The notes: generated by a model from the sequence alone, not told the origin. A stretch of 64,000 nt of DNA from Terriglobales bacterium (GCA_038254775.1 JBBSFV010000005.1:31076-95075); one strand, 5' to 3'. Shown: positions 9,758-19,477, counted from the first letter of the stretch. Numbers and translations are program-made.

Positions 9758-10936
9758 TCAGAATACCCGCACATAATTCTTACCCGGCATTTGTTTTATT
9801 TTTCCTGCTAGTTCCAACTCAAAGAGCGCGGCAAATATCTCTGAGGCGGAGACCTTCGTTTCCAGTTTTTCAATGATCTCGTCTATCTGAAGGGCTTCAT
9901 CAGGTTTCAACAAAAGAAAAACCTGCTTTTCGGCGGGAGAGAGCTGAGCGTCTAGAAATAAAGATGCATTGGAAGCCTGTTCGGTCGCAGGAGAGCATTT
10001 CGCTTGCAAAGAGATCTTCACCTGTGAAGGCAGCTCTTCCCAGATATCCTCCCACGTAGCAACTAGCTTAGCTCCTTGTTTTATCAGGGTGTTAGGGCCC
10101 CACGACTGCTTGTTGGTCACGTTACCCGGCACCGCATACACATCTCTTCCCTGCTCCAGCGCGCAACGCGCGGTGATGCGGGTTCCACTGTACTCGCCGG
10201 CCTCCACCACCAGCACACCAATGGACATACCGCTGATGATCCGGTTCCTGATAGGAAAATTTTGTGGCGCAGCGAAGGTGCCGATGGCGAATTCGCTGAC
10301 GATAGCACCTCCAGCATCGATGATGGCTTCGGATAGTTTCCTGTTCTCTCGCGGATAGGGCACGTCAACGCCTGTGCCCCAGATGGCTACGGTCCGGCCT
10401 TTTGCATCGAGCGCACCCTGGTGCGAATACGTATCCACGCCTCGCGCCATGCCGCTGATGATGATGAGCCCCCTCGCGGCAAGGTCGGCGGCGAGCCGCT
10501 TTGACATGCCGATACCATACGGCGTGGGATGGCGCGTACCCACCACCGCCACCCCAGGCTCCGCCAAGATACTTGGATCTCCACGGACATAAAGCACCAA
10601 GGGCGGATCGAAAATGTTCTTGAGCGCTGGAGGATATTCGTCGTCATCAAGAGTCAGGACCTGCGCGCTGGCACTGACGGCCCTTATCATCTCTTCCTCG
10701 GCTAGATTGAACGATTTTCCCAGTGCGATCGATTGTGCTGACTCCGCCCGTAATCCCGCGCCTTCCAGCTCTGTGAGTGAGGCGCGAAAAACATTGTGTA
10801 CACCGTCAAACAAATTGACCAGTTTGCGGGCGCGAGTGGGCCCCAGCGCAGGCGTTAAAGACAGCGCGAGCCACTGCATGCGGCGCGCATTTGGCGCGCT
10901 CCGTTCGGCTCCGGATTGAACTCCAGTGAGACTCAT
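9758..10936 (-). CDS. dprA: DNA-processing protein DprA (Smf)
   Basis: 392 aa. The DprA Rossmann core reads VVGTRHPTPYG...IISGMARGVDTYSHQGAL...GGAIVSEF...PQNFPIRNRIISG. It lies upstream of topA, a common dprA-topA arrangement. Confidence 0.9.
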   Translation of the reverse strand: MSLTGVQSGAERSAPNARRMQWLALSLTPALGPTRARKLVNLFDGVHNVFRASLTELEGAGLRAESAQSIALGKSFNLAEEEMIRAVSASAQVLTLDDDEYPPALKNIFDPPLVLYVRGDPSILAEPGVAVVGTRHPTPYGIGMSKRLAADLAARGLIIISGMARGVDTYSHQGALDAKGRTVAIWGTGVDVPYPRENRKLSEAIIDAGGAIVSEFAIGTFAAPQNFPIRNRIISGMSIGVLVVEAGEYSGTRITARCALEQGRDVYAVPGNVTNKQSWGPNTLIKQGAKLVATWEDIWEELPSQVKISLQAKCSPATEQASNASLFLDAQLSPAEKQVFLLLKPDEALQIDEIIEKLETKVSASEIFAALFELELAGKIKQMPGKNYVRVF

Positions 10937-11037
10937 AGAAACTTGGCGGACTCTACACGCACGAAAAAAGCCGTGTCAAGCGCTCGTTCGCGGCGGGCCT
11001 TAGCCGGCACTGTTAAAATTCGCTTATTCCTGACCCA

Positions 11038-11874
11038 ATGCAACGCCTTCGTGTCTCCGCCATAAGCTTCCTGAATACCGCCCCGCTCATGTGGGATTTT
11101 GACTATGGTCTTCTGCGCCGCGACTATCGCGTGGACTATACCCTGCCCTCCGAATGCGCGGAATTATTGCGGCTCGGCACTGCTGATATCGGCATTATTC
11201 CCGCAGCAACCTATGCCACCATCCCAAACCTTGTGATCATCCCAGATATCGCCATTGCTGCTCGCGGCCCGGTCCGGTCTATTTTTCTGATCAGCAAAGT
11301 TTCCGTGGAACGGATCAAGACCGTTGCCACTGACACTTCTTCGCGCACTTCCGTAGCTTTGCTCCGAGTATTGTTTGCTCGGCACTGGAAGACCGAACCG
11401 GAATTTGTGGCGCACGAACCGAAGCTCAAGCTCATGCTCAAGAGATGTGACGCTGCACTGCTGATCGGCGATCCAGCGCTGATGGCCGAGAAGGCCGACT
11501 ATCAGGTCTTTGACCTTGCCGAAGAGTGGCAGCGCTTGACCGGATTGCCATTCGTCTTTGCCTTTTGGGCAGTGCGGAAGGCAGCGCTCGATTCCGAGTC
11601 CAGTGCAGAGAAGATCGTGCGCAATTTTCAGCTCTCCCGCGATCACGGACTGGAACCGCAGAATGTGGCGACTCTTGCGCGTGAATGGATCAATCGTATC
11701 CCGCTCACCGAGCAGCAGATCACTTCTTATCTCACTGAGGCCATCCACTATCGTCTCGATAGCGAATGTTTGCGGGGCTTAACACTGTTTTTTAACTATG
11801 CAGCAGAGTGTGGCGCGCTGCCTGAGGCGCCGACAATGGAGTTCATTTCCTCCGAGGCCACCATTTCTCGATAG
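11038..11874 (+). CDS. mqnA: Chorismate dehydratase MqnA (futalosine pathway)
   Basis: 278 aa. The MqnA-type N-terminus is RVSAISFLNTAPLMWDF, in a periplasmic-binding-like VitK2_biosynth fold pattern. It is adjacent to mqnC. Confidence 0.8.
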   Translation: MQRLRVSAISFLNTAPLMWDFDYGLLRRDYRVDYTLPSECAELLRLGTADIGIIPAATYATIPNLVIIPDIAIAARGPVRSIFLISKVSVERIKTVATDTSSRTSVALLRVLFARHWKTEPEFVAHEPKLKLMLKRCDAALLIGDPALMAEKADYQVFDLAEEWQRLTGLPFVFAFWAVRKAALDSESSAEKIVRNFQLSRDHGLEPQNVATLAREWINRIPLTEQQITSYLTEAIHYRLDSECLRGLTLFFNYAAECGALPEAPTMEFISSEATISR

Positions 11875-11904
11875 TGGCCCTGCACGGTAGAATCATCTAT
11901 TCAC

Positions 11905-12951
11905 ATGTCTTTGACCAGAGAACAAGCATTGGAGATGTTCCGCTCAGACGATCTCATCGGGATCGGCATGGAGGCGGACGCGGTCCGCCGTAAACTGCAC
12001 CCTGAAGGCGTGGTCACATACGTGATCGACCGGAACATCAACTACACCAACTTTTGCACCGAGTACTGCACCTTCTGCGCCTTCTATCGGCCGCTGAAAG
12101 GCAAGCTCGCCGGCGAAGGCTACATTTTGGACTTTGACACTATCTTTGAAAAGATACGAGAGACCGTTGAAGTAGGGGGCACCGGGATCCTGATGCAAGG
12201 CGGTTTGCATCCTGATCTGAAGATCGATTGGTTTGAAAAGCTGTTTCGCGAGATCAAGGTACGCTTTCCGCAAGTGCATCTGCATTGCCTGTCCGCATCA
12301 GAGATCCTGGCCATCTCGGAATACAGCGAACTTACATTGCGAGACACGATCATGAGGCTGCGCGATGCGGGACTGGATTCGATTCCCGGCGGCGGCGCGG
12401 AGATTCTGGACGACGAAGTGCGCCACAAGATCGCGCGGCTGAAATGCGGGACTCAGGACTGGTTGGCGGTGCATCGCACCGCTCACTCTCTCGGCATGCG
12501 GACCACCGCGACCATGATGTTTGGCGTAGGCGAGAGTTTTGAACATCGCGTGAACCACTTCCAACATATTTATGACCTGCAGGAAGAGACCGGCGGATTT
12601 ACCGCGTTCATCCCCTGGACCTTCCAGCCGGGGAACACGGCACTCGGTGGCCGCAAATGGGACGAAGCCACTTCAGTGGAATACCTGAAGACGCTGGCGA
12701 TCTCACGGCTGTTTTTATCTAATTTTAAGAATGTGCAGGCAAGCTGGGTCACGCAGGGATTGAAAGTCCTGCAGCTTGGGCTTCGTTTTGGCGGCAACGA
12801 TGTCGGCTCGGTCATGCTGGAAGAAAATGTCGTGAAAGCCGCGGGCACTTCGAATTGCACCACGGAGGAAGAGCTGCGCCGCATCATCCGCGACGCCGGC
12901 TTCCGCCCGGCACAGCGCGACACTTTATATCGGACGTACTTCTTGAACTGA
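11905..12951 (+). CDS. mqnC: Radical SAM cyclic dehypoxanthinyl futalosine synthase MqnC (MqnC/MqnE family)
   Basis: Motifs NINYTNFCTEYCTFCAFY (CxxxCxxC), GGTGILMQGGLHPD, HCLSASE, GGFTAFIPWTFQPGNTAL and GGNDVGSVMLEENV. From memory the pattern is closer to MqnC than to MqnE. Confidence 0.75.
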   Translation: MSLTREQALEMFRSDDLIGIGMEADAVRRKLHPEGVVTYVIDRNINYTNFCTEYCTFCAFYRPLKGKLAGEGYILDFDTIFEKIRETVEVGGTGILMQGGLHPDLKIDWFEKLFREIKVRFPQVHLHCLSASEILAISEYSELTLRDTIMRLRDAGLDSIPGGGAEILDDEVRHKIARLKCGTQDWLAVHRTAHSLGMRTTATMMFGVGESFEHRVNHFQHIYDLQEETGGFTAFIPWTFQPGNTALGGRKWDEATSVEYLKTLAISRLFLSNFKNVQASWVTQGLKVLQLGLRFGGNDVGSVMLEENVVKAAGTSNCTTEEELRRIIRDAGFRPAQRDTLYRTYFLN

Positions 12952-13233
12952 GTTGACTGAATCGCTTCAATTCGCCCTGCTCGCTTTGATGGTGGGCGCT
13001 ATCCCGGCGTTAGCGCCCTATTTATCGCTCTTTAATGTGTCTTTGCTCGCGATTGCTTTCTCATATTTGGGTCTTACCAAGAAAGCTGCTCGTCAGTAAT
13101 TTGATCAGCTGCTTGGGCATGTTAAGTTGGTGGTTTCTGTCTACTCTGAACTGACGTTACTATGCCACTCGAATTCAGTTCTTAGGTTCTAGGTACAATT
13201 GCAGTCTCAGCCCCCGGAGCGCAACTGAACTTC

Positions 13234-14859
13234 TTGTCCACAATCTTCTTTTTCACCCAACGCAGTCCTGTGGGCGACTTCGTGCGTCGCCAGTTCCTGG
13301 ACAGGACGTTTCAGGGCCTCTACACGCCGAACGCGTTTGATCTGGCGCTTCTGATCCCGTACTTTATCGTTCTGGTCTACCTTGCTTCTTACGGCGTGCA
13401 TCGTTACGTTCTTGTCTATCTCTATTACAAGAACCGGAAGAATGCTTCGCACTGGGACCAGCCTCCCGCGCGCTTTGCTGAACACGAATTGCCGAGTATC
13501 GCCGTACAGTTGCCGATCTTCAACGAGCAGTACGTGATCGATCGCCTGGTGGAAGCGGTCTGCAAGATGGATTACCCGAAGGACAGGCTCGACATACAGG
13601 TGCTTGACGACTCTACCGACGAAACTGTGGAAGTCGCTCGCGCGGTGGTCGATCGCTATGCCGCCCTGGGCAACCCGATTTCCTACATTCATCGGACGAA
13701 CCGCAACGGCTACAAAGCCGGAGCACTCGATGAAGGCATGCGAGTGGCGAAGGGCGAGCTAATTGCCATTTTTGACGCTGACTTCGTTCCTCCGGAAGAT
13801 TGGCTGCGCAAAGTGGTGCACCACTTCACTGGCCCGAAGACCGGCATGGTGCAGACCCGATGGACGCATATTAATCGCGATTACTCTTTCCTCACTCAAG
13901 TAGAGGCGATCCTGCTCGACGGCCATTTCGTGCTCGAGCATGGCGGGCGCTCGCGTTCGCACGTCTTTTTCAACTTCAATGGCACCGCGGGAATGTGGAG
14001 GCGACTGGCCATTGAAGAAGCGGGTGGCTGGCAGCATGACACCCTCACCGAAGACACTGACCTCTCATACCGGTCTCAGCTCAAAGGGTGGGAATTTAAA
14101 TATCTGCAGGACGTGGAATGTCCGGCAGAGCTGCCCATCGAGATGACCGCCTTTAAGACACAGCAGGCTCGATGGGCCAAAGGTCTGATCCAAGTCTCGT
14201 TAAAGGTTCTGCCCAAGGTAATGAAAAGTGACGTGCCGCTGCGGATCAAGATGGAGGCGTGGTACCACCTGACGGCGAATATCAGCTATCCCCTCATGAT
14301 TGTGTTGAGCACGCTGCTTCTGCCTGCCATGATGATCCGCTTCTACCAGGGCTGGTTCCAGATGTTGTTCATTGACCTGCCACTCTTTATGGCGTCCACT
14401 TTTTCTATTTCATCCTTTTATCTAGTTTCGCAAAAAGAGCTTTATCCCGGCCGGTGGTACCGCACGTTTTTTTATTTGCCCTGGCTCATGGCATTGGGGA
14501 TCGGCCTCACCATTACCAACACAAAGGCTGTGGTGGAAGCACTTATCGGAAAACAAAGTGCCTTTGCGCGCACGCCAAAGTATCGCGTGCAGAAGGGCGA
14601 GTCGTCTGTGGCCGCAGCCACAAAGTATCGCAAGCGGCTGGGTGTGGTCCCTTGGATAGAGATGGCGATCGGCAGCTACTTTGCTATGACCGTCTGGTAC
14701 GCCATCTCCAATCAGAATTACATCACTGTACCGTTCCTGATCCTGTTCGTACTTGGATATTGGACGACGGGACTGATGTCGCTTTTGCAAGGCCGCTTCG
14801 ATCGCGTGACGCTGCGCCGCACGGGAGACCATGTGAAACCATTTCCCGTCGGCGTTTAG
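13234..14859 (+). CDS. Family 2 processive glycosyltransferase (CslA/BcsA-like membrane synthase)
   Basis: Motifs DDSTD, FDADF, TEDTDLS and QQARWAKG (QxxRW), with TM helices at both ends. Start is uncertain (TTG 13234 or a downstream GTG). Confidence 0.85.
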   Translation: MSTIFFFTQRSPVGDFVRRQFLDRTFQGLYTPNAFDLALLIPYFIVLVYLASYGVHRYVLVYLYYKNRKNASHWDQPPARFAEHELPSIAVQLPIFNEQYVIDRLVEAVCKMDYPKDRLDIQVLDDSTDETVEVARAVVDRYAALGNPISYIHRTNRNGYKAGALDEGMRVAKGELIAIFDADFVPPEDWLRKVVHHFTGPKTGMVQTRWTHINRDYSFLTQVEAILLDGHFVLEHGGRSRSHVFFNFNGTAGMWRRLAIEEAGGWQHDTLTEDTDLSYRSQLKGWEFKYLQDVECPAELPIEMTAFKTQQARWAKGLIQVSLKVLPKVMKSDVPLRIKMEAWYHLTANISYPLMIVLSTLLLPAMMIRFYQGWFQMLFIDLPLFMASTFSISSFYLVSQKELYPGRWYRTFFYLPWLMALGIGLTITNTKAVVEALIGKQSAFARTPKYRVQKGESSVAAATKYRKRLGVVPWIEMAIGSYFAMTVWYAISNQNYITVPFLILFVLGYWTTGLMSLLQGRFDRVTLRRTGDHVKPFPVGV

Positions 14860-14895
14860 CCCCAGCGGCGGTGTTAGAATCCGCATCCTCTTGAG

Positions 14896-16260
14896 GTGAT
14901 CTTGTTTAGAAAAGCCAGCCTTTTACTTTTAGTACTTCTGATCTCAATATCTGCATTGGCGACTGAGCGCCAGTCCAACGCGGACTATCGCGCGCGTCGT
15001 CAGGCATTGGCGTCGCAATCCAAGGGCGGCGTTGTGCTTCTATTCGCGCCGACAGAAGCGGAAGGGCCGAATGCGATATACGGCTTTCGTCAGGAAGATA
15101 ATTTTTATTACTTGACCGGCATTCCTGATCCCGGCGCTGCTTTGCTGATCGCACCCGCGACTGAGGATCATGGTTATACCGAGGTCCTGTTCCTTCCCGG
15201 CCAAAATGCCTCGCAGGAAAAGTGGACTGGACCCAAGCTCAACCCGAAGACCGCTGACGCAAAGCAGCGCACTGGCTTTGACAACATTGCGCAGCTGGAT
15301 TCATTGCGCGAGGAACTCGTGCGACTGCTCCCGACGCCCCGCGCTCAGATAATGACTGACACCGATCCCAAGTCCGCTTCTGCCGATCCTTTGGAATGGC
15401 TCAAGCGCGCGAACGCCTTTCCGAATTACGTTTCGTTCTCTGACGTTAAACCGCTGCTTGCCTCGCTGCGCCTTAAAAAAGACGCCGGTGAGGCTGGGTT
15501 GATCCGCAAAGGCACGGAGGCATCTGTTGCTGCACATCTCGCTGCCTGGAAAGCGATCAAACCGGGAGTGACCGAACGTGAGATCGCCGCGCTGATGCAG
15601 TTTGAATTCAGCAAACGGGGATGCGAACGCCCCGCCTACGCACCCATCGTGGGATCGGGATTTTATTCCACAGTTCTGCATTATTCAGAGGACTCCGGCA
15701 CCATGAAGGACGGGGACGTTGTGGTGATGGATGTAGCGGGCGAGTACTCAATGTACGCCAGTGACATCACTCGCACGGTTCCTGTGAATGGCAAGTTCAC
15801 TGCCCGGCAACGCGAGATCTATGACATTGTTCTGGGGGCACAGAAGGCAGCCGTTGACGCCTTTATCGCAGGAAGATCCACCCTCCGAAGCGGGTCGGGT
15901 TCGCTCTACAAAGTGGCGATGGATTACATCAATGCCCATGGCAAGGACAAGCACGGCAATCCGCTTGGCCAATACTTCATCCACGGATTAAGTCACTATG
16001 TCGGCCTGAACGTGCATGACGTAGGCGACGGCGGCCCACTGCAACCAGGAGCGGTCTTCACCATCGAACCGGGCATTTATCTTCCGGAAGAGAATCTTGG
16101 TGTTCGGATCGAGGACATTTTTTGGGTAGATCCTCAAGGTAAGCTGGTGAACCTAAGTGGCTCGCTGCCCAGCAGCGCCCAGGAGATTGAACGCATCATG
16201 GCGCAAAGCAAGGCCAATGCCGATTTAAACCAAAGTAAGCACACAAAAGAGGCGCACTGA
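14896..16260 (+). CDS. Secreted Xaa-Pro aminopeptidase (peptidase M24B)
   Basis: Signal peptide, then an N-terminal creatinase-like part and pita-bread metal-ligand segments DVVVMDVAGEY..YASDITRT, HGLSHYVGLNVHD, EPGIY and VRIEDI. Confidence 0.85.
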   Translation: MILFRKASLLLLVLLISISALATERQSNADYRARRQALASQSKGGVVLLFAPTEAEGPNAIYGFRQEDNFYYLTGIPDPGAALLIAPATEDHGYTEVLFLPGQNASQEKWTGPKLNPKTADAKQRTGFDNIAQLDSLREELVRLLPTPRAQIMTDTDPKSASADPLEWLKRANAFPNYVSFSDVKPLLASLRLKKDAGEAGLIRKGTEASVAAHLAAWKAIKPGVTEREIAALMQFEFSKRGCERPAYAPIVGSGFYSTVLHYSEDSGTMKDGDVVVMDVAGEYSMYASDITRTVPVNGKFTARQREIYDIVLGAQKAAVDAFIAGRSTLRSGSGSLYKVAMDYINAHGKDKHGNPLGQYFIHGLSHYVGLNVHDVGDGGPLQPGAVFTIEPGIYLPEENLGVRIEDIFWVDPQGKLVNLSGSLPSSAQEIERIMAQSKANADLNQSKHTKEAH

Positions 16261-16277
16261 GTCAGATTCTGCCGCAG

Positions 16278-16433
16278 ATGACCTTCTTGTACATTATCCT
16301 TGTTATGTCTTTGGTCGCAGTCATCTGCGTTGTGGCGGCAGTGTATTGGCGCTTAAAAAACAAGGTCGGCATGGAAGAAGATGCCACGGCAAGGATATTA
16401 AGGAGAGACCGGGATGATGAACGTGAGCGTTAA
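16278..16433 (+). CDS. Candidate 51-aa single-pass membrane peptide (not in ORF track)
   Basis: ATG 16278 to TAA 16431-16433 gives MTFLYIILVMSLVAVICVVAAVYWRLKNKVGMEEDATARILRRDRDDERER. That is one clean TM helix with a charged tail. It fills the pepP-bioY gap and overlaps the bioY start by 20 nt. Confidence 0.3.
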   Translation: MTFLYIILVMSLVAVICVVAAVYWRLKNKVGMEEDATARILRRDRDDERER

Positions 16434-16995
16434 GGAACAGGTAACAGAGATTGCGGCGCCGAAAAGCAGTTCGCTGCTATTGGACGGTTCGCTGGTTGTC
16501 TCCGCCACGTTGCTGATGGCGCTCAGCGCCAAAGTGGCACTACCACTCACATTTTCACCCGTGCCTTTGACCTTCCAGCCTTTTGCTCTTTTGCTGATCG
16601 CATTCTTCTTAGGCAGCCGACGTTCCCTTGCCGCCATGGCGCTGTACCTTTTGGAGGGTGCAGCCGGACTTCCCGTTTTCACTCCCGCAGGGCCCGGCGG
16701 AGTGGCTCAGCTTCTTGGCCCCACTGGCGGGTATTTGTTCTCATATCCAGCCGTCGCCTTTATAGCCGCTGAGATCTATCACGAGCATAAGACATTCGCG
16801 CGCGCCATCACCGCTGGATTGATCTCTGAGACCGTGATGTTCCTTTTCGGTGCCTCCTGGTTCGCTCTCCTGACCGGTGTTTCCTTGCTTCAAGCCGCGA
16901 AACTCACCATCTTCCCCTATGTTCCCGGCGATGTTCTAAAACTCGCCGCTGCTGCCGGCATTACCGTGGCATGGCAGCGTTTCCGCAACCAGTAG
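16414..16995 (+). CDS. bioY: Biotin transporter BioY
   Basis: 193 aa with BioY motifs PVPLTFQPFALLL, GAAGLPVF and GPTGGYLFSYP. Confidence 0.85.
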   Translation: MMNVSVKEQVTEIAAPKSSSLLLDGSLVVSATLLMALSAKVALPLTFSPVPLTFQPFALLLIAFFLGSRRSLAAMALYLLEGAAGLPVFTPAGPGGVAQLLGPTGGYLFSYPAVAFIAAEIYHEHKTFARAITAGLISETVMFLFGASWFALLTGVSLLQAAKLTIFPYVPGDVLKLAAAAGITVAWQRFRNQ

Positions 16996-17028
16996 TGCAG
17001 ACATCCGCTTCAATGCAGTAGGAAAAAT

Positions 17029-17883
17029 ATGTCAACAATGCTTTCTCCACAAGTCCGTGAGATCACGGTCGCGCATAGTCCTGACTCAGATGACGCATTC
17101 ATGTTCTATGGCCTGGCGACGAACAAGATCCGCACGCCGGGCCTGAAGTTCTCGCATACCCTGTGCGATATCGAGACCCTGAACCGGAAGGCGATGGATG
17201 GCGTCTATGACGTGAGTGCCATCTCTTTCCATGCTTATCCTTACGTGCAGGATAAGTACGCATTGATGCCTTGCGGCGGAAGTGTCGGCGAAGGTTATGG
17301 GCCGATGATCGTCACGGCCAAAGCGATGACCCTCGATGAGGTCAAGGACAAGATCGTCGCGGTTCCCGGCACCATGACCACTGCATACCTTGCACTCAAG
17401 CTGTTCGCGCCTGGCATCCAGACAGAAGTTGTTCCTTTCGATGAGATTATTCCCGCCGTGGTTTCCGGCCGTTATGAGGCAGGACTGATCATCCATGAAG
17501 GGCAGCTTTCCTATAGCAGGGTCGGCCTGCATAAGATCTTCGATTGCGGCAAATGGTGGAAGGATATGACCGGGCTGCCGCTTCCGCTTGGCGGCAATGC
17601 TATCCGTCGTGAGTTGGGGCCGGAGCTGATCACGAGCATCAATCAAGCGCTGCGTGACAGCATCCAGTACTCTCTCGACAATCGCGACGAAGCACTGAAT
17701 TATGCGATGCAGTTCGCGCGTGACTTGGACAAGCAGTTGGCCAACCGCTTCGTAGGAATGTATGTGAACGAGCGTACCCTGGATTACGGCGTGGACGGCC
17801 GGGAAGCGGTGAGCCGGCTTTTGACCATGGGATACAACGCCGGGGTCATCACTACGGAACCGAAGATCGACTTCGTTGATTAA
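17029..17883 (+). CDS. mqnD: MqnD-like 1,4-dihydroxy-6-naphthoate synthase (MqnA/MqnD family)
   Basis: Motifs HSPDSDDAFMFYGL, DIETLNRKAMDG, GLIIHEGQLSY and GLPLPLGGNAIRRELG parallel, from memory, the MqnD motifs SPCPNDTFIFYAL, DVETLNR, GLIIHESRFTY and GLPLPLG. Confidence 0.7.
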   Translation: MSTMLSPQVREITVAHSPDSDDAFMFYGLATNKIRTPGLKFSHTLCDIETLNRKAMDGVYDVSAISFHAYPYVQDKYALMPCGGSVGEGYGPMIVTAKAMTLDEVKDKIVAVPGTMTTAYLALKLFAPGIQTEVVPFDEIIPAVVSGRYEAGLIIHEGQLSYSRVGLHKIFDCGKWWKDMTGLPLPLGGNAIRRELGPELITSINQALRDSIQYSLDNRDEALNYAMQFARDLDKQLANRFVGMYVNERTLDYGVDGREAVSRLLTMGYNAGVITTEPKIDFVD

Positions 17884-17896
17884 AGATCGCATCCAA

Positions 17897-17930
17897 TAAA
17901 AAAGCCGGACAGCGTCCGGCTTTTTTATTT
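17897..17930. terminator. Bidirectional rho-independent terminator
   Basis: AAAAAA-GCCGGAC-AGC-GTCCGGC-TTTTTT between the convergent mqnD-like and PilZ genes. Confidence 0.7.
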
Positions 17931-17939
17931 TGGAGGCAC

Positions 17940-18266
17940 TCACTCGAAAGCGGAAGAATAGTACTTGCCGATCACGATGCCGATCTCAACCGCGGCATCC
18001 GGATCCAATTCCTCAAACTCAAAACCCACCGACCCGGGAACCATGTTTCGCACGACTGCCGTCACTGAGCGCTTGATGCCTTCCGATTCGTCCACAATAA
18101 AGAATTTATGGAGGTCGCCCATCTTGAATCTCTTTTTAGTATCTACCTGGAAGCCCCCACGGCCAAGCACGCTGAGTGATCCCAGCTTGCGGCCATTCCC
18201 GCTGGCCACATAAGCAACGGCGCTTTTTGGCATGGAGAGCCGCTCAAATTTTCTACGTTCATTCAT
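17940..18266 (-). CDS. PilZ domain protein (paralog 2)
   Basis: RRKFER (RxxxR) and LSVLGRGGF (D/NxSxxG-like) motifs; ends in GKYY like its neighbour. Confidence 0.8.
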   Translation of the reverse strand: MNERRKFERLSMPKSAVAYVASGNGRKLGSLSVLGRGGFQVDTKKRFKMGDLHKFFIVDESEGIKRSVTAVVRNMVPGSVGFEFEELDPDAAVEIGIVIGKYYSSAFE

Positions 18267-18619
18267 CAGGCTTGTTCGTCAGGGTAATACTTTCCCATGA
18301 GTATTGCTACTGCTGATTCCGAGCTCAAGTCCTCGAACTGGAAACCGACCACATCGTCGCTGGAATAGCGCGCTTCCGCGCTCACTTTAGTATGGATACT
18401 TTCTGAATCATCGATCACCCGGAAGGAATATCTCTTTCCCAGCGCGAACTCAACAGCGGGCTGGATCATGACTCCTCCCCTGCCGATCTGCCGAACCACA
18501 CCCAGGTGCTTTCCTTTCCAATCTTTGATGACCACATTCTCGGAAAGGCCGAGACCGACACGTTCAAAACGACGGCGTTCGTCAACATGACTTTGCGAGA
18601 TGGTGGGATTCGATTCCAT
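18266..18619 (-). CDS. PilZ domain protein (paralog 1)
   Basis: RRRFER and VRQIGRGGV motifs. Its stop overlaps the next start (TGATG). Confidence 0.8.
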   Translation of the reverse strand: MESNPTISQSHVDERRRFERVGLGLSENVVIKDWKGKHLGVVRQIGRGGVMIQPAVEFALGKRYSFRVIDDSESIHTKVSAEARYSSDDVVGFQFEDLSSESAVAILMGKYYPDEQA

Positions 18620-18661
18620 GCCCTGCTGTGCCGTAGTTTAACATTCCAACTTGAGAACGCG

Positions 18662-19411
18662 ATGATTAACCACCTCTCCCATCAGCCACAGCGGAATAGA
18701 GTCGTGCAAAGACTCGATGATCAGACTCTGCTCATTGACCTGGATGACACCATTTGTGAGAACAACATCTATTTTGAGCGCGCTATCGCTCAGTTCATCA
18801 CTTTTTTGGACCACAAGACCCACACTGCTGAACAGGTCCGAGAGATATTGAACCAGGCGGAACACGCTTCCATCCTGAAACACGGATACGGATTGCACAG
18901 CTTTGCGCACTCGCTGGTTGATTGCTTTGAGAGACTTTCAGTTGAACCGATCACTCCGGCCCTTCACCAGAAGATCTGGGGCTTCTCCCACCAGATCGCC
19001 GAGCATCCACTTGAGTTGATATCGGGGGTTCCGGAGACGCTCGAATATCTATTACAACGCAAGCACCACCTCATCCTTATGACGAAGGGTGTGCTGACCG
19101 AGCAGATGGACAAAGTGGAGCGCTCCGGCTTGCGCCATATCTTCTCGGCCGTAGAGGTGGTTGCGGAAAAGAATGAGCCTACTTATCGCGCCATCACGAA
19201 CAAGTACCGACTGGCGCCCGGGTTCACCTGGATGGTGGGAAACAGCCCGAAATCTGACATCAATCCCGCCCTGGCCGCTGGGCTGCACGCGGTCTTTGTC
19301 CCCCATGACAATACCTGGGTCTTAGAACACGAAGAGATTGCGCAGCCGAGTGGCAGCCTACAACGCTTGCTTCGGCTGGGAAGGTTCACCGAACTCCAGG
19401 AATATTTTTAG
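18662..19411 (+). CDS. HAD-superfamily hydrolase
   Basis: Motif I LIDLDDTI, motif II LILMTKG and motif IV MVGNSPKSDI. ATG 18662 avoids the overlap with the divergent PilZ gene that the track start 18506 creates. Confidence 0.8.
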   Translation: MINHLSHQPQRNRVVQRLDDQTLLIDLDDTICENNIYFERAIAQFITFLDHKTHTAEQVREILNQAEHASILKHGYGLHSFAHSLVDCFERLSVEPITPALHQKIWGFSHQIAEHPLELISGVPETLEYLLQRKHHLILMTKGVLTEQMDKVERSGLRHIFSAVEVVAEKNEPTYRAITNKYRLAPGFTWMVGNSPKSDINPALAAGLHAVFVPHDNTWVLEHEEIAQPSGSLQRLLRLGRFTELQEYF

Positions 19412-19477
19412 CCAGCAACATTCCTGTGGTTGTGGGTTTACCCTCTCTGTATTCAAGACCTCGCATTGGGGAGCTGC

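Noticed and set aside
13114-13130. TGGGCATGTTAAGTTGG, superficially similar to the sigma54 motif at 640-655
   Set aside because: The -12 element reads TTGG rather than TTGC, and no GC falls 12 nt from the GG. It is not a credible sigma54 promoter.
17086-17943. 285-aa minus-strand ORF
   Set aside because: It is antisense to the MqnD-like gene, which carries clear family motifs.
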